From Amoebidium appalachense (Eukaryota; Protista; Ichthyosporea), in assembly GCA_963693365.1 (NCBI GenBank), contig CAVNZM010000001.1:5968907-6032906 (forward strand): a DNA stretch of 64,000 bases. The letters run 5' to 3'. Below, in pieces: positions 1 to 35,801 of this stretch (position 1 is its first letter; every line of letters begins with the position of its first letter). Position numbers and translations under genes: made by a program. Below the pieces are notes generated by a model. It saw only the letters and a list, made by a program, of their open reading frames with translations, had not been told where the DNA came from and did no database searches.

Positions 1-9574
<9,574 letters not shown>

Positions 9575-9999
9575 AGCATAGCGTGCACCATGAACGCTCA
9601 GGATATGCTGGTGTGCAGCATTGAGCGTAACATGTGGTTTGACTGGTGTAAACCATACTGTAGGTGTATTGTTAAAAAATTATTTGAGCACGTATGAATG
9701 TGTTATGATTTCTGGATAATTCAGCCATCTCTATCATAATGGGAATTGCATTCCTCACCACGGAGCTTGAGAGTTGAGTAGTACGGCAAAGAAGAAGAGA
9801 GCACAAAAGGGTTACCTAGGTCTGTTTTGGCTAGGATATATAATCACCTGGCAGTACTAGCCATATGCAAGTAAAAGTGAAAGCAATCTTCCAGAAGAGC
9901 AGGTGTCTGCATATTTGCTGCTACTGTTGGTGGTTGTGTGTGTGTACGTGTGCACGCACGCGTGCGCATGTGTGTGCATGCTTGTTCATGTGCTTGTGG

Positions 10000-10078
<79 letters not shown>

Positions 10079-10080
10079 CA

Positions 10081-10123
<43 letters not shown>

Positions 10124-11135
10124 GTGTGTGTGCATGCGCGTGCATGGTTTTTTTTTTTTTTTTTTTTTTTTTTTGGGGGGGGGGGGTCTTTATCTTGATT
10201 GCTTTTGGGGGATCGAAAATATCACGGAGCACCATCACGTGCACATTGCACCACTAATTGCTATGAGCTAGAGGCTGAAAATAAATTATTCATTGACATA
10301 TGCCAGCCAGTGGCATGGTTAAAAACTGCCATACTTGCATCTATTAAATCAATCCCTAATTATCTTACATGCAGCACATTTCTGGTTGTGGGTGTGCTGT
10401 TGCGTGTGTGGCTGTTTGCACGCGTGTGTGCCTCATGTGTGTGTTTGTGTGCGTGATGTGCCTGTAGTGGAATCCTTACCGAAAACATGATTCTTCTTAG
10501 CTGCATGCAATCAATATGTGTTGGCCCAGCCAACAAAACGATGGTTTGGTGAGTGAAAATTCCAAACTCAATGCATTGTAAGGAATGGGTCAGATGGTCT
10601 ACAGCATGCTGCGATTAGGTCTTTGAAGTCCCCCCTCCCCCCCCCCCCCCCCCCCCCCAAAGAAATAAATAAATAAACAAACAAATAAATATTTTAAAAA
10701 TCAATCATTGAATGATTTAAAATAAAATTAGCAAGTAAAATATCACTAATCAGAGTTACAATAAAAACAAAGTAATACCCAAAAATCGAGTCCGGCCATC
10801 GTGCCTTTTGGTTTTCAACGTGCTTTTGATTTAGAAACCGCAGCGCTGTTGGCCGGGCCAAAAAATGCCAGAGACTAGCTACATGGGAAGAGCAGGGAAG
10901 GTGCGTGTGTATGTGTGCGTGCGCTCGGGCGCGTGTGTATGTGTGTGTGTGTGTGTGGGCTGGGGCTGGGACTGGGGCTGGGGGTGGGGGGGGAAAGAAA
11001 AGGAAGAACAAGATGTGGTGTCTACAACACTGTGTGACGCCACTGTTACTGAATGGTGCCAAGAAACGAGGATGCCGCTAAGGTGCCTGCTCTTCCCGGC
11101 TCACTTGCATCCATATCGAACTGCGTGTGGGTGAC

Positions 11136-11310
<175 letters not shown>

Positions 11311-12307
11311 TGCAGTTGTTTGTGTGGGCATGTGTTGCATGGGTCACGCGCATCATGTGTCTACGGTACGTGAATATGTGTAGGTGAATGCACCTATGCA
11401 TAGCTCCGTGAATTTGGCGACAGATCCATACGTTTCTCTAAGTGTGCCCATTATATGTGTTTTTGCATGGAGACTCCCCCGAGCTCACACTGAATGTGCA
11501 AATTGAGATAACCCCAGCAGGGATCAGTATGCACATGTATGGCTGAAGAACATCTCTGGTTCCCCACGTTTTTTTGTTCTGTCCCCTTCTTTATCCCCCC
11601 CCCCCCCCCCCCCTTTCCCCCCCCTGCCGTGGGGAGGGGGGAGAGGGGGGGGGGGGGAGGGAGGGAGGAATACACGAACGATATTAGGCAGTTGGCAAGT
11701 ATAATGTGCATGTGCATGAATCCTGCTTCAATATTATCAAACGTGTAAGTAAATGCAAAACATCTGGTGCACCACGCAGCTTGGCAGAAGCAGTTGGGGT
11801 GTAATCCTCACATCATTGCCTTACCCTTTGGTTTTCTGCGGGCTATATTATATCCTGGACATGGAGGGCAGAGGTATAGGAGAGGGGGAAAGGGGGAAGG
11901 GAGGTGACAGGACAGAGACGAGTGGGTGTGTTTGGGGGGTGGGACGGGGGAGGGGGTGGAGAAAATGAGAGAGAGAGGGACTAAGCAAGGATGAGAGATA
12001 TGAATTGGTATGTACGACAGACACGAACAACAAGCCCCCCCCCCCCCCCCCCAAACACACACACACAGACACACCTTTGTAGTTCACACACGTAGCACAA
12101 GTGCACTGTGCAGGCATGGATCCACATACGCCCCGTGCACTGCAACAGAACTTGTCACTGCTCCCTGGACACTCGGCAGCCTTTCCATTGGATGCTGGAA
12201 ATCGGCTCCCACATCGACCGTCGGATCGGAAAAGATTTGCTTGGGGTTTGCTGCAGGGCTTGGTGCAGTCCCGTACTGTGTTTTATTTTTATTTTTCATT
12301 TGTTTGA

Positions 12308-12394
<87 letters not shown>

Positions 12395-12977
12395 TCTAAT
12401 TAGGTGGGGTGGGGTTGGGCCGTTGGGTGGGTGGGTAGACCTGTGGGTTTCCCCAAGCGGGGGGAGGGGAAGGCGAGGGGGGGGGATTCTGTTGGGGCTG
12501 GTTGGGCGCAGGGGGGAGAGGGGGGGGGAGCATTGGGAGGGGGCTAGGGACTGTTGTTTCTTATGGGTGATGGGTGGTCGGTAGAGAGCGTGGGCTTTTT
12601 TTTAGGCGAGATGATTTTGATAGGGAACGGGGTCCCTAGAGGCAGTTGTGAACTTAACCTTTCATGAGCCGAATTTGTCGAGATCTGCTTTTCTCCCGTC
12701 TTTTGCCTCCCTCCCCCCTCCCCCCCCCCCCTCCCCCCCTCCCCCCCCTCCCCCCTCCCCCCCCCCCCCCCCCCCCCTCCCCTCCCCCCCCCCCCCCCCT
12801 CCCCCCTCTCCCCCCCCCCCCCTCCCTCCCCCCCCCCCCCCCCACACACACACACACAAAAAAACCCTCCTGCCTGCCGTAAGGCCCAACCACCACTGGT
12901 ACTCCCACCCACCAAACCCAACCTTCCAAGCCTCACAGTGCGGTTAGTAAGTCTAGTCAAGCTATCAAGGAGGCCAA

Positions 12978-15900
12978 CTACAGGTTTGTATTCCCGATTC
13001 CCTCGTATACTGCTCTAAGATTATAACCCGACTGGGGTTGTGGGATTGACGTGAATTTGGGGCCGGACGGGCGGGAGGCGGGGGTGGGGGGTGGGTTGGG
13101 GAGGGGGTTCCGGGGGGGGAGGGAGGGGGGGTGGGGGGAGGGGGTCAGGCACGTACGGTTGCTATTGCAGCAGGTTGGGCACGTACAATCGGCAGGCTGG
13201 GCACTGCAAAAAGCACTCCCTGAGCAGCACGGCTTAGAACCCCCACAGGTGCCGTACAAATTTCGGTCGAGAGGGGATGGAAACCCTCGCCCGCACCTCC
13301 CGTCGCTTCGAATGTGCGAAGCTGGGGCTGCTGTGGGTGTGGGTTTTACAGTGGTTGTTTTTTTCACTGTTGTGGTCGTGGTGGGTTTTTTTATTGTTGT
13401 GGTCGTGATGGTTTTTTTGGTGGTTGTTGTCGCTGGCGTTGGACATAGGCCACATACCGATGTCGACAGGCAGCATTTTTGGATCCCCCCGCAAATTGCA
13501 GGGGTGGTGGTGTTGGCCACGGGGTACTTGCTGCCACATTTCTTGTCTGGTCGAATTAGACTGGATTTGCATGTGCCGGCTGTGCATGTGGATGAACGGG
13601 GGAGGGGGGGGGAAGGGGGGAGGGGGCGTTAAGAGGGGAGGATGGGGGGTCCAAATGAGAACGGCGAACGATATTCTTTGGTCATCTGTCTAGAAGTCCA
13701 CCAAAAATCAGCGTAAGTGAGGGGGGGGGGGGGGGGGGGGATCGGATGCATACACACTGCAGTTCGAACTCACTTTGGCTAACCGAGTTCTGGTATGTGT
13801 GTGTTTGTGTGCGTGTTGGGGGGAGGGTGGAGGGGGGAAGGGGGTGGGGGGGGGGGGGGGGGGGAGGGGGAGGGGGGAGGGTATGGTTACAGGCAAGCCA
13901 GTAGCGGGGTATTGCATCATGCATTGCGCCTGAATCTCCACATATGGACAGGGAATGTTCTTCCCCAGCTTCAGAATGCAGTAAGACAATGTGGGAGAAA
14001 GGAGCACACAATTTACGTTGACAGCAACAAACATACCAAACGACATGTAGAGCAGCCGGTTGGGTGTGCCTGCCTTCAAACCAATGACTTTGCCCGGGGT
14101 TGCCATGCCGATTATGGCTTCTCGCACCTGATAGGTCAAATATCACACAAAGGTGAGGGTAGATCTACGTCTGACCATGTATTATAGTGGGGGATAGACA
14201 GGTCTGGTAGATCATCATGCACAGTGAGGGGGTGGATAGATCTGATAAGTAAGATATATTAATTATAAATGTCAGAGATAGGTCTATTATGCGCTGAGAT
14301 ATTAGGTGAGGGATAGATATGTCTGATATCTCAAATATCATACATACGTGTGTGGTAGGTCTGATAGATAAGTATCATTGATAGGCGAGGGATCGATAAG
14401 CTCATAGGTCAAATGTCATAGGCAAGGAAGAGGCTTTTGATACACTTAAGCTCCTTGTGAATTCTGGTGATGACGGACTATATATGATTTTCAACTTGTG
14501 AGATGGGAGGAGGGCAGAGGGCAGGCTAAGTGCAGGAGGTGGGGAGGTGGGGGGGGGGGGGGGGGGGGGGTAGGGAGAGTTAGGGTTGGTTATGGGCTCC
14601 TAGGTAAACGAGGACGTATAGGACGAGAGGGGGACAGTTTGGGAGAGCTAGGGTTGTGAGTCAGTGGGTGTGTTGTCAGGAGCACTACGACCCAACGTGG
14701 CTTGGACCAGGCATGGGCTGTCATTTCCAATGCTTTGCCGTCATTGGTGGCATATACTGACATGCACCCATGATACTTTAGGGGTGTCCATTTACCTGCT
14801 GTGGGGTTGCAGCTGGATTTCTTGCCAAATATAGGGCAGCAGCACTGGTCACGAAGGGTGTTGCACTGCCGTGGCTGCCTGTCAGCCAATCACATATCTT
14901 CACAGTGTTTCCCCGTACTGACTTAACGTGCTACACCTCCCCTCTGCATCTTCATACCGCTATCACCGCCACCATTTCCATCGACCAATATCTTAGCAGG
15001 ATGTCCACCCCTCCTCCGCCCGTGTCCCCCCCCTCCCCCCCCAACCGTTCCCCCCCCCCCCCCCCCCTTCCCTCCTCCTCCCTCCCCCGCCTCCTCCTTC
15101 CCAGGCTCCCCCCCTCCCCCCCCCCCCCAACACACACACACACACCTAGACTTCAACATCACTATGTAGGCCAGCGCGCTTCAGCTATCCAAACATTTCT
15201 CTAACATCGACCTAAACGTACACAAACACATATAACTTGCTTTCCACATGGCCTTTCCTTTTGGTTGTTGTAGGGGCTGTTTTCTTCTTCTCTTCTCCTT
15301 TCCCTGCTTTCATGTTCATAAAATCAAACATTAACCCGTGTTTCTGTGTGCCCCTTTCATTGTTGGGGTTTGTTATATGTGTTTGTGTGCATGGGTGAGA
15401 ATGAGCGAGTGAGTTGTGTGTGTGTGTGTGGGATGTGGGGGGGAAGGGGAGAGAGAGAGCCTCTTACAGAGATGTTCCTTCGGACATACCATAGGAGCCC
15501 CCCGGCTTCACGGTATATATATCCTGGCCCGGTGCAAATATATCCACACAGCTGCAACAGTGAGCACATGAGCTGCATATCTATGACGTTATCAAGACTT
15601 TCACCCCTTCAATAAAAAAACGGAAAAAAGGAAACATAAGAGGTAAAAGGCCTTATCAGAATACACTATCGGATCCATGCACAAGCACAGATGCCTTACC
15701 CCTGCTCCAACCCTCTTCCTCCTTTCATCCCCGTCCCCCATCCCCACTCCCCCCCCCCCCCCCCTCCCACTTCCCATACCTCTACCCGTCCCCCTCACCT
15801 TCCCTGTGTTGAGAATGAAGTCACCGAGTCATTTCTCGTTGTTGCCCCCACACACAGGGCACGTGTGTCTGCCGCCATGGTGTCGCATGCGTCCATATTT

Positions 15901-17121
15901 GGGTCGTTGCCTGCTGCCCCCACCACCAATAGGCCGTCTTTTTCGAGCTTTTCGAGCATGGTAGCATAGAGCGGGTCTCGTGGGGGTGTTAAAGAGACGT
16001 TGATCACTGCGGGTCTAGCCTTATTTGGACGGTTCAGGATCGATTGGAACCCGGCCAGTAGATCGGCTGTGAAGGCCAGGCCGTCATCACCAACAACCTG
16101 GTGGCATTAAAAAATAAGGTAAAAGTACTTTATATATCTTCAACCCCGTCAAACGTCGTTCTGGGAGCAGGAAAGGGCAGGGAAGATGGGAGTGAACCCA
16201 AGGGGAGGGAGAGGGGGGGGGGGGGGAGGGGAGGAGGGGGGGGGGGGGGGGGGGAGATGTATGTGTTAAAGGGTTGGATTATGGAGGAGACTTCAAAGGA
16301 AAAATGAAAAACGTCACCAAAATGAAAATCCCGAAATCGAACCATTAAAGCGTGCAGGCAGAAGCCTGGGGGGCGGGGGGAGGGGGGGGGGGGGGGGGGG
16401 AGAATGGGGGGTTACCACATTTCGTACACAAACGAAGAACGACAAAACCACAACACATCACAAGTTGTGGTGTTCAGAGAAGGACATCAGCAGTAAGACA
16501 AAGACATGCACACCCAGCACAAGCATGATCGCACGTGGCACCCAATCAAAATTAGCCACTTCTTTATGCGCCATTTTTTCAGGTGGCTAACCATAAAAGG
16601 TAATGTCTGTCACTTTGCTGGCTAACGTTTTTGGCTGCAGAGCTGCCTGCAGGACTATTCTTTCTACCAAACAATATTCTAAAAATCATAAGTTTTCAGG
16701 AAATATAAGTTTCACGACCAAAAAAGCGCTTTTCAGGGGGGTGATCATTGCTACAAACTCAGCCAGTCACGAAATGACATTATGCTCCCAGCGCGCACCT
16801 TAACACTCTTGACTATGGCCCTGGTCAGGCCCACCGTCTTGCCCGTGACGATTGCTGCCACACTGCTGCCATGACCGTTACCATCCCCAACAGTGTTGGT
16901 GATACTGAAGTACTTTTGCACACGACCCTCAAACTGCAAGAGAAACTAGTGAGGGAAAGGATGGAATATGTGCATGTGTGTGTTGCAGGGGTGCTGCAGG
17001 GAAATACGGAAATGAGGGGTGGGTGGCCGTGGAGGGCAGGTAGGAACGAAGGATTAGGTTGAATAAGGATAAGAGTGGGGAGAGGGGGAGGAGGGAGGAG
17101 AGAGGGGGGGGGGGGGGGGGG

Positions 17122-17163
<42 letters not shown>

Positions 17164-17992
17164 AAGCTTTGGGGGACGAGTAGTGCCGGGCAAGGAAAAG
17201 ACAAGCTGGAAAGTGTTGGGCGGGAATGGAGGGGAGTGGAAGGGGGGGGGGGGGGGGGGGGGGGGGGAACAATGCCACAATGCCGCATGGTCGCTCGTGT
17301 GTGTGTGATGTGGATCTAACATAGTACTTGTTTGTGTATGTACGTGAGTGTATGTGTGTGTTTGTAACATAGCAAAACAACACGTTTAGCCGTGCAGCTA
17401 CAGGTACAAGCCAAATACAAAATGCGGGTCCCCATACACGCGTGCTTTTGACCCACTAATTGATCTGCTCATTCCACCATGATCAGCTATGAACGTCCCG
17501 TCTTTTCCCCATGTTCCGATCTTGCTCGGATTCAAAATTATAAAATGGCTTGTGTCCACAGGGCCCAAAGCATACCATATCGACTCACACATACCAGCAT
17601 CCCACCACGGTGACCTCGATCCCCCCCCCCCCCCCCCCCCCCCCCTCCCTCCTTCCCTCACCGCCCACCAATGCATTGTGCCCAAATAGCCAAAAGGGAG
17701 ATGAATGTGGGCACAGGGTTTATGATGCTAGAGAATTAGAGGGTGAAAAAGCCACGAGAAGAGATCGGGAAGGAGGGGAGACGGGCTGTTAGCACGATGA
17801 ATAGGAATAGAAGCATAAATCAAATGATTAACGCTAGATCATGCGTACGGGCACGCACTGGTGGCTGACGGTGCAGGCCTACCAACTATCCGGGTGCACA
17901 GGCACGGCACAGATGTGCTTGGGTGTAACCATGTTGAAATTGTATGTGTAGGGGCGTAAGAAGGGTGGGTGGGTGGATGGATGGGTGGGTGT

Positions 17993-18047
<55 letters not shown>

Positions 18048-18469
18048 ACGAGTCGTAAAACAAAGGACACAAATAATTGGCAGGGGGGGGAGGAGGATGG
18101 AGGAAGAAGAGAGGAGAGGGAAAAGGTATGAGTGAGGGGGGTTTTTATACCACTAGGAGATTTTCGATGACACCGGTATCGACCACATAGACATCCACCT
18201 CCGTCATATTGCAAGTGTCATTGTACCGCAACCCATCAATGGGTAGACTCCTCTGACTTACACGATCGACCCCCCATAGCTGTGTCACAACACTCGTTCT
18301 CATTTGAATTTTCTTGGGGGGGCTTGGTGGTGGGGGAGGGGTCAATGTTCTCTCCTGTGTTACTATACTGACTAGGGGGTCGTTACGCAAACGGTTGAGC
18401 TCCTCTTGACTGCTGATGGTGAGCACCACGGTGGCTAGAGAGCTCAGAGGGAGGGGCTTGTTTGCCTGC

Positions 18470-18531
<62 letters not shown>

Positions 18532-19444
18532 GCGCAGGAGGGCGGGAGGGGGGAGGGGGAGCGGGGGGAGCGGGCTGTCAAAACGGAACTGTTGGTTGGT
18601 ATGTGGGGGCAGGGCTGTGTAGTTACTCCAGTACTAGGCGCAGGTTTTTTTTTTTTTTTTGAAGGGGGGGGGAAGGATGGGGGGGGACGGGGAGTATAGG
18701 GTAGGTTTAGGTTGCAAAATAAGGACAAACAGGTGTGTCGGGACGTGTGTGTGTGGGAGTGAGGGTGGGTGGGTCGGTGACTGGTGGGGTCTGGAGAGGA
18801 GGAGAGGAGGGGGAGGGGGAGGGGGCGGGGGAGGGGACGAGAGAGGGAGGGGGGCTGGGGGAGGGGAGATATAACATGAGAGCCAAGGATCTGCCAACAA
18901 TGGGTTGAGTTTGTCGTTATGTCGGCCACGCGCCATACTGTTAAAGATCACAAACATGTTTGCCAGAAAATGCAAGCGGCAAGAACAGCCATTCTCATGC
19001 ACTGCACAAGTTCACCAGAAGAACAGGCACAATGACACACACAGATCTTAACAGACTGGCCACAAACACACACACTCTTTAACTTTCGTTGCTTGCTCTC
19101 ACCCTTTCCCTCCGTAGCTTTTACACATACTCTCACTCCTCCCTCCCTCCCTCCCCTTTCCTGTCTCCTCCCCTCCCCCGCCCCCTCCCCCCCCCTCCCC
19201 CCCCCCCTCCCCTACGCACCTCTGTCTGGTTAAACCTATGGTCGCCATACTTAAGCATCACGCTACGTATTCTCTCCTCAACATTATCTTCATTGTCATC
19301 ATCGTCGACAGTAACAAGGTAACGTCCCGCCACAGCAGCCTCGGGCGGTGCGGTGTACAGCTCAGACGTACCCTCCAAGGCGTAAACATATGCGCACAGG
19401 AGGGCAAGGTGGAGAGAAAACAAGGAAATGGTGAATAAATTCAT
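12978..19444 (-). CDS. Secreted subtilisin-like serine protease (S8, proteinase K type) with I9 propeptide, two C-terminal hevein/chitin-binding-like Cys-rich domains and a Thr/Lys linker, about 606 aa
   Basis: Exons 19444-19220 (signal peptide MNLFTISLFSLHLALLCAYVYA, propeptide GRYLVTV), 18465-18151 (WGVDRVSQR...VYVVDTG), 16933-16799 (DGNGHGSSVA), 16097-15799 (VINVSL, VVGAAGN, CVGAT), 15551-15468 (CVDIFAPG...GTSL), 14865-14796 (ATPFVTSAAALYL), 14127-14037 (GTPNRLLY), 13579-12978 (Cys domains). Phases are consistent and catalytic Asp/His/Ser and the oxyanion Asn are present. The final 200 nt may hide an extra intron. Confidence 0.9.
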
Positions 19445-20918
19445 GGTGGTGTTACTATTTTTAGCTGTGATGTGGTCATCTCTATGCAATTACACTCGGC
19501 AAGATGCCGTCCCGTTTCTTTCGTATGTTCACCCACTTCGCCTCCATGGAAACATTTATGTCGCGGGGGTGCCTTCTGGCAAAAGGCTTTCCGGGTAAAC
19601 AGTTGTTGTTTACTTCATGAGCATCTCAAAGCCACCAGAAAACCTGATTGATCTGAGGCTCAGGGCATGTTATTCATGCTGTACTGGCAAAGGCACATCG
19701 CTTTAAAAGAGGTTCGGGGTACGTATAAACACAGGCGTGTGAAGGCATGTGATATAGTATGGCATCTGACACACAAAAATAAGGTGTGTGTAGCGTGTGG
19801 GCGTGTGTCCTGTCTGATGCATGTGCTTGTGCGTGTGTATGGTTCGTGATGCTTGTGCGTTTGTGCCTGTGTCTGTGCGCATGCGTGTTTGTGTATGTGT
19901 ACAGGGCAACGCATGGGCTGGGCTGCTCTGAGCTTTTACCTACACAGCCCTTGACCGCGTGGGCAGTGGTGCAGGCCCGTGTTGGCCTTATTTTAGTGTT
20001 GTAGTGAGTGCCACTTCGTGGCCCGACTGGCCCACACACTCGCGCCACGAGTGTTCTATTTTATCACTGGAATTTCTCGAAATTCCTTGGCTGTTAGAGG
20101 TATGCAAAATAACCTTATTTGTTAGCTACGGTATGCACTATCATTACTATGCTGCAACTGCATGTACATGATTGGCTCCGCAAGCACCACAAGTTTCAGC
20201 CAATCAATGTGCGCCAATAGATCTAAATACATTTCTCGTTTGGGCGCAACCGATGACTCTTTCAAGTTACCAGTTCTTTTACCTTCAAAGTTGCCGCGGT
20301 ACCGCCAAGTCAGTTAGCCGGGAGAAGGCTATACATACAGCAATAAGGAAACATCAGGTAAGCATGTATATACAAAGCTTTAACGCATGTGGTTATGAAT
20401 TAACACGCACAAAGAGCTCATGCGGACGTAAACCAGAGCCCAGGCAGACTTTCACCCCACGCGTGTGAAGAGGCAGTCACCAACACAAATCCGAGCACTC
20501 AAGCACACGCCGAAACGCAGGAAATTTTTAGGTTGAGGTTAGAGAATCGCTTGTGCGAGCACACGCTTAGGCGTGAAATTTGCGTACACCACTCTAAGGG
20601 CAAAACAGAGACTTACGCGCATGCACTTGCATGCAGTTGTTACCTTTTCACCCCATTCAGTTGCACGGTATGGCGTAAAATCTGGGCTGTTCCTTCCCTC
20701 TCCGCCTAGCCCCCTTTCCTGCCTTTACTATTTCACCTCCCAGCCCGCTCCTCCTTCCTAACCTTGATCATTCTCCTTTTCCTCCCGAGCCCCTACTTTT
20801 CCTTTCACTCGATCACTGCCAACTGCTCATGGCATTAGTGTGCACCTCTGTTTTCCCTTTAGTCGGCATGTTGCCCCACTCACCACAGCTATATGCCCAG
20901 ATATCCAACCCCTGCACC
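19445..20918. promoter_or_regulatory. Divergent (head-to-head) intergenic region between the subtilisin and FGGY genes
   Basis: Start codons at 19444 (-) and 20919 (+) point away from each other, about 1.5 kb apart. No specific promoter element was identified. Confidence 0.4.
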
Positions 20919-32719
<11,801 letters not shown>

Positions 32720-32922
32720 ACAATTATTCGTAGTAAGTGGACTACTATGGGTGTTTCAGGTAGCAGTTACTGGCGGGGTTGGATGGGTCTTGTCATGTGG
32801 GTTTGTGTGCATGGCAGTTCGTGTGTGTGTGTGTGTGTGGGTTGATATGGTGTTGGTGGTGGTGGTGGGGTGTTGGGAAGGGGTTTGTGTGTGTGTGTGT
32901 GGTTTTCTTTTTTTTGGTTTTT

Positions 32923-32984
<62 letters not shown>

Positions 32985-33637
32985 TACCCAAATTTTGATT
33001 TTTGTCTAGCTGTGGCACACCGCTTTGGCTTCAAGTTAAAGCCAATAGCGGTTCGGGTTTTTCCCGTCCTTTTTTTTTTTTTTTTTTGCTTTTTTTGCTT
33101 TCAGCATGAACGAATGATGAGTATATGAACAGCAGGTTATACTCTATGCCATTATATGTGCCCAAATGCATCTGCAGTTGCCGTTTCATAGAATTTGATA
33201 AATTAAGACCATTTCGCATGCATGTACGTACAGATGTACACGCACACAATTCACCTGCTAGCGCAGCCAGGAATATAATGATTGAAGAAGTTTCTAATAA
33301 TCATGTCTAATGGTTGGTGACCACTTACGTGATCGATGGGTCAAATAAAGTTTGTACGCTATCTTTCCGACGCATGATCTGATTCATATGATGACACGTG
33401 CACCCCATTGCGGATTTCTTGAACACGTATGCCCACGTTCAACAAACCTTTACCACGTGTAATTTATTGAGAGCATATCTGGACATGTACGTACACTCGC
33501 ATGATGTGGCATGTGTGTGTGTCTTTGTGTGAGTGTACATGGTGGTGGGTGTGGTGTGTGTGTGTGCGCGCGCCCATGATGGTGGGTGGTGGTGGTGGTG
33601 GTGGTGTGTGTGTGTGTGTGTGTGTTATGTGTGTGTG

Positions 33638-33674
<37 letters not shown>

Positions 33675-34203
33675 TATGCCCAGGACGACCGGACAAGCCA
33701 TCTGGCATGACCACACACTATTATTTGTTCATGTACGTGACAACTTTATGAGCTTTCCTGTTAAACCATGGTGAAGCCGCATTACAAACGGGCATATTGT
33801 ACGACAAAATATTCTACGACAAATTTCTGTTCCTCTTGACAATAATTCCACCATTACTTGGATTTGGATTAAGATTGGACCAATGAAACCAGAAATATAC
33901 TGAGAAGTTATACTTCCTATCTCCAACTCTATGAACATATTTGCATATGTACACGGGCGTGTTATTTTAACCAGCGAACATGGGCTACTCCCCCCCCCCC
34001 CCCCCCCCCTTTTAAGGACACATCTTACTACAAAATGAACTAAAGAAATACAAATTATGAGCAACAAAAATCAACCACACACATCCCCCTACCGGCAAAA
34101 AGAACACCCTTTGGCCGCAAATACATTGCATCAGCTTATCAGTTCGGATTCGGACTCACCAATTAATTGTATATGTAATCCTCATGTGGCATGGCATTTG
34201 CTT

Positions 34204-34236
<33 letters not shown>

Positions 34237-34333
34237 GCTTGTGTTTATCTGTGTGCATGCCCGTCAGATCGTACAGTGTGCCTTCACGCCTGCCTTTGTG
34301 TTTGCAAGCACACACATACATGCACGACCACGG

Positions 34334-35724
34334 TTACATATTTGCGAAAAAACGGTCGATAGGCACCCTGCTACTCGTACCTTGCCCGGCATCAACACTG
34401 CTGTCATAGTAATCTAAAGGCGCCTTGACAGCAAACCCATTGTATGTCCCATAGAAGTATCCGCCCATGGGGGGTGTAGGTGGGAGGGGTCTCTTTCCCA
34501 ACTCCTTCACCCTCAGTTCACTCTTCCATTTTGCCATCGCGTCTGCAATTTCGACTGTTTGCATCGCACGCTCCTCCGCATTCCTTGCTGCCGCTTCCTG
34601 CTGTTCTAGAATGTCATCGATCGTCAATTTGCGATGTCGGTCTCTCCGCGATTGCCGGTGGCGGATCACCATGGCAACCACGGCGGCACCCAATACAATC
34701 ATGGCGGACACAGCAACACCAATCACAATGTACTTTGAGCCACGTGGGCCTTTTGATTGGTCCATCTCCTCTGCCATCACCTGATTGACGGACGAAGTTG
34801 CCGGCACACCCCCGTCTATGCCAAGGGTCTCCACAATCAATCGCGGCTCGTCCGTTATAACGGGCGCTTCTGTGGTAGCAGGCGGTGGAATGGACGACAC
34901 CGACAGGGTTTCAAATTGCGACGGCTGTGGCTTTTTGACTGTTTCGGCCGGCACCTTAGCAACCACCTCCTTGGTTGATGTCGTTCCGATGGAGACTGTC
35001 GACATTGGAATGTGTTGAGTGGTGGCGGCGGCAACTGGTGAACGTGACTTGCTGCCACTAGGGAAGAGGGGCTCGTCTGGGTAGGTTGGGCACGGCTGGC
35101 CCGGTAAGAGGGTGGGCAGGTTGATGGAGGGGTGGGGCCGAGAAAAAAGGGTTGTGGTGGTTGTTGTAGTAGTAGTTGTTGTTGTCGTTGGGGTGGTGGT
35201 GGTTGTGCTTGGGGCAGTAGTGGTTGTGCTGGGTGTTGTGGGGAGTGTGGTGGTATTGGTGTTTGTGGTGTTTATGGTGCTGTTTGTTACTGTGGCACTA
35301 GGTCTTAGGATTGTAACAGAGGTGTTACTCGTTGCAATCCCTGTAGTGTTTGTCGTGTTTGTAAAATTCGTGGAAATTAAAGTTGAATCTCCGGGTAATA
35401 GAGAAGTAGTGGAGGTGGATAGTGTCTGCCCAAGTGTATTCGGTACCTTTGGTGGCTGTGTCATGCCAATGGTGCCTGGCAGTAGCGGAATCTGTAAATT
35501 GTCTTTGGGGGGTACCAACGCCGTCGGCACGGTGTATATGCGGGTGGACGTGGGGGCTTTTGTTTCGGTTTCAATGAAACGGGCGTCGATGTTGTCGAAA
35601 TACACAGTGCCCACCTTGTCCCGATAGATGCATTCCACGCGGACTGACAGGATTGGCCGGTCGGTTTTAAAGCGGACCATGGCTGGTGACCACTTATTCC
35701 GTTCGGCAAAGAACCCCTCCCACT

Positions 35725-35801
<77 letters not shown>

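Noticed and set aside
10844-10900. Candidate 57-nt + strand exon (CGCAG|...AAG|GTGCGT; one frame reads RLATWEEQG)
   Set aside because: Good splice sites, but it could not be linked in frame to the repeat gene with confidence and no homology was recognised.
12084-12299. Complex-sequence island with open frames on both strands
   Set aside because: Strand and frame are undecidable and no motif was recognised; it may be UTR of a flanking gene.
14140-14420. Degenerate GTGAGGG...GATAGAT...TCTGATA repeats in a subtilisin intron
   Set aside because: Too decayed to define a unit; probably an old minisatellite with no evidence of function.
17398-17685. ORF inside subtilisin intron 2 containing VYGDPHF (VWD-like start)
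   Set aside because: The flanking exons join with canonical S8 spacing (DTGVIENLLV|FEGR) without it, and the ORF stops right after the motif.
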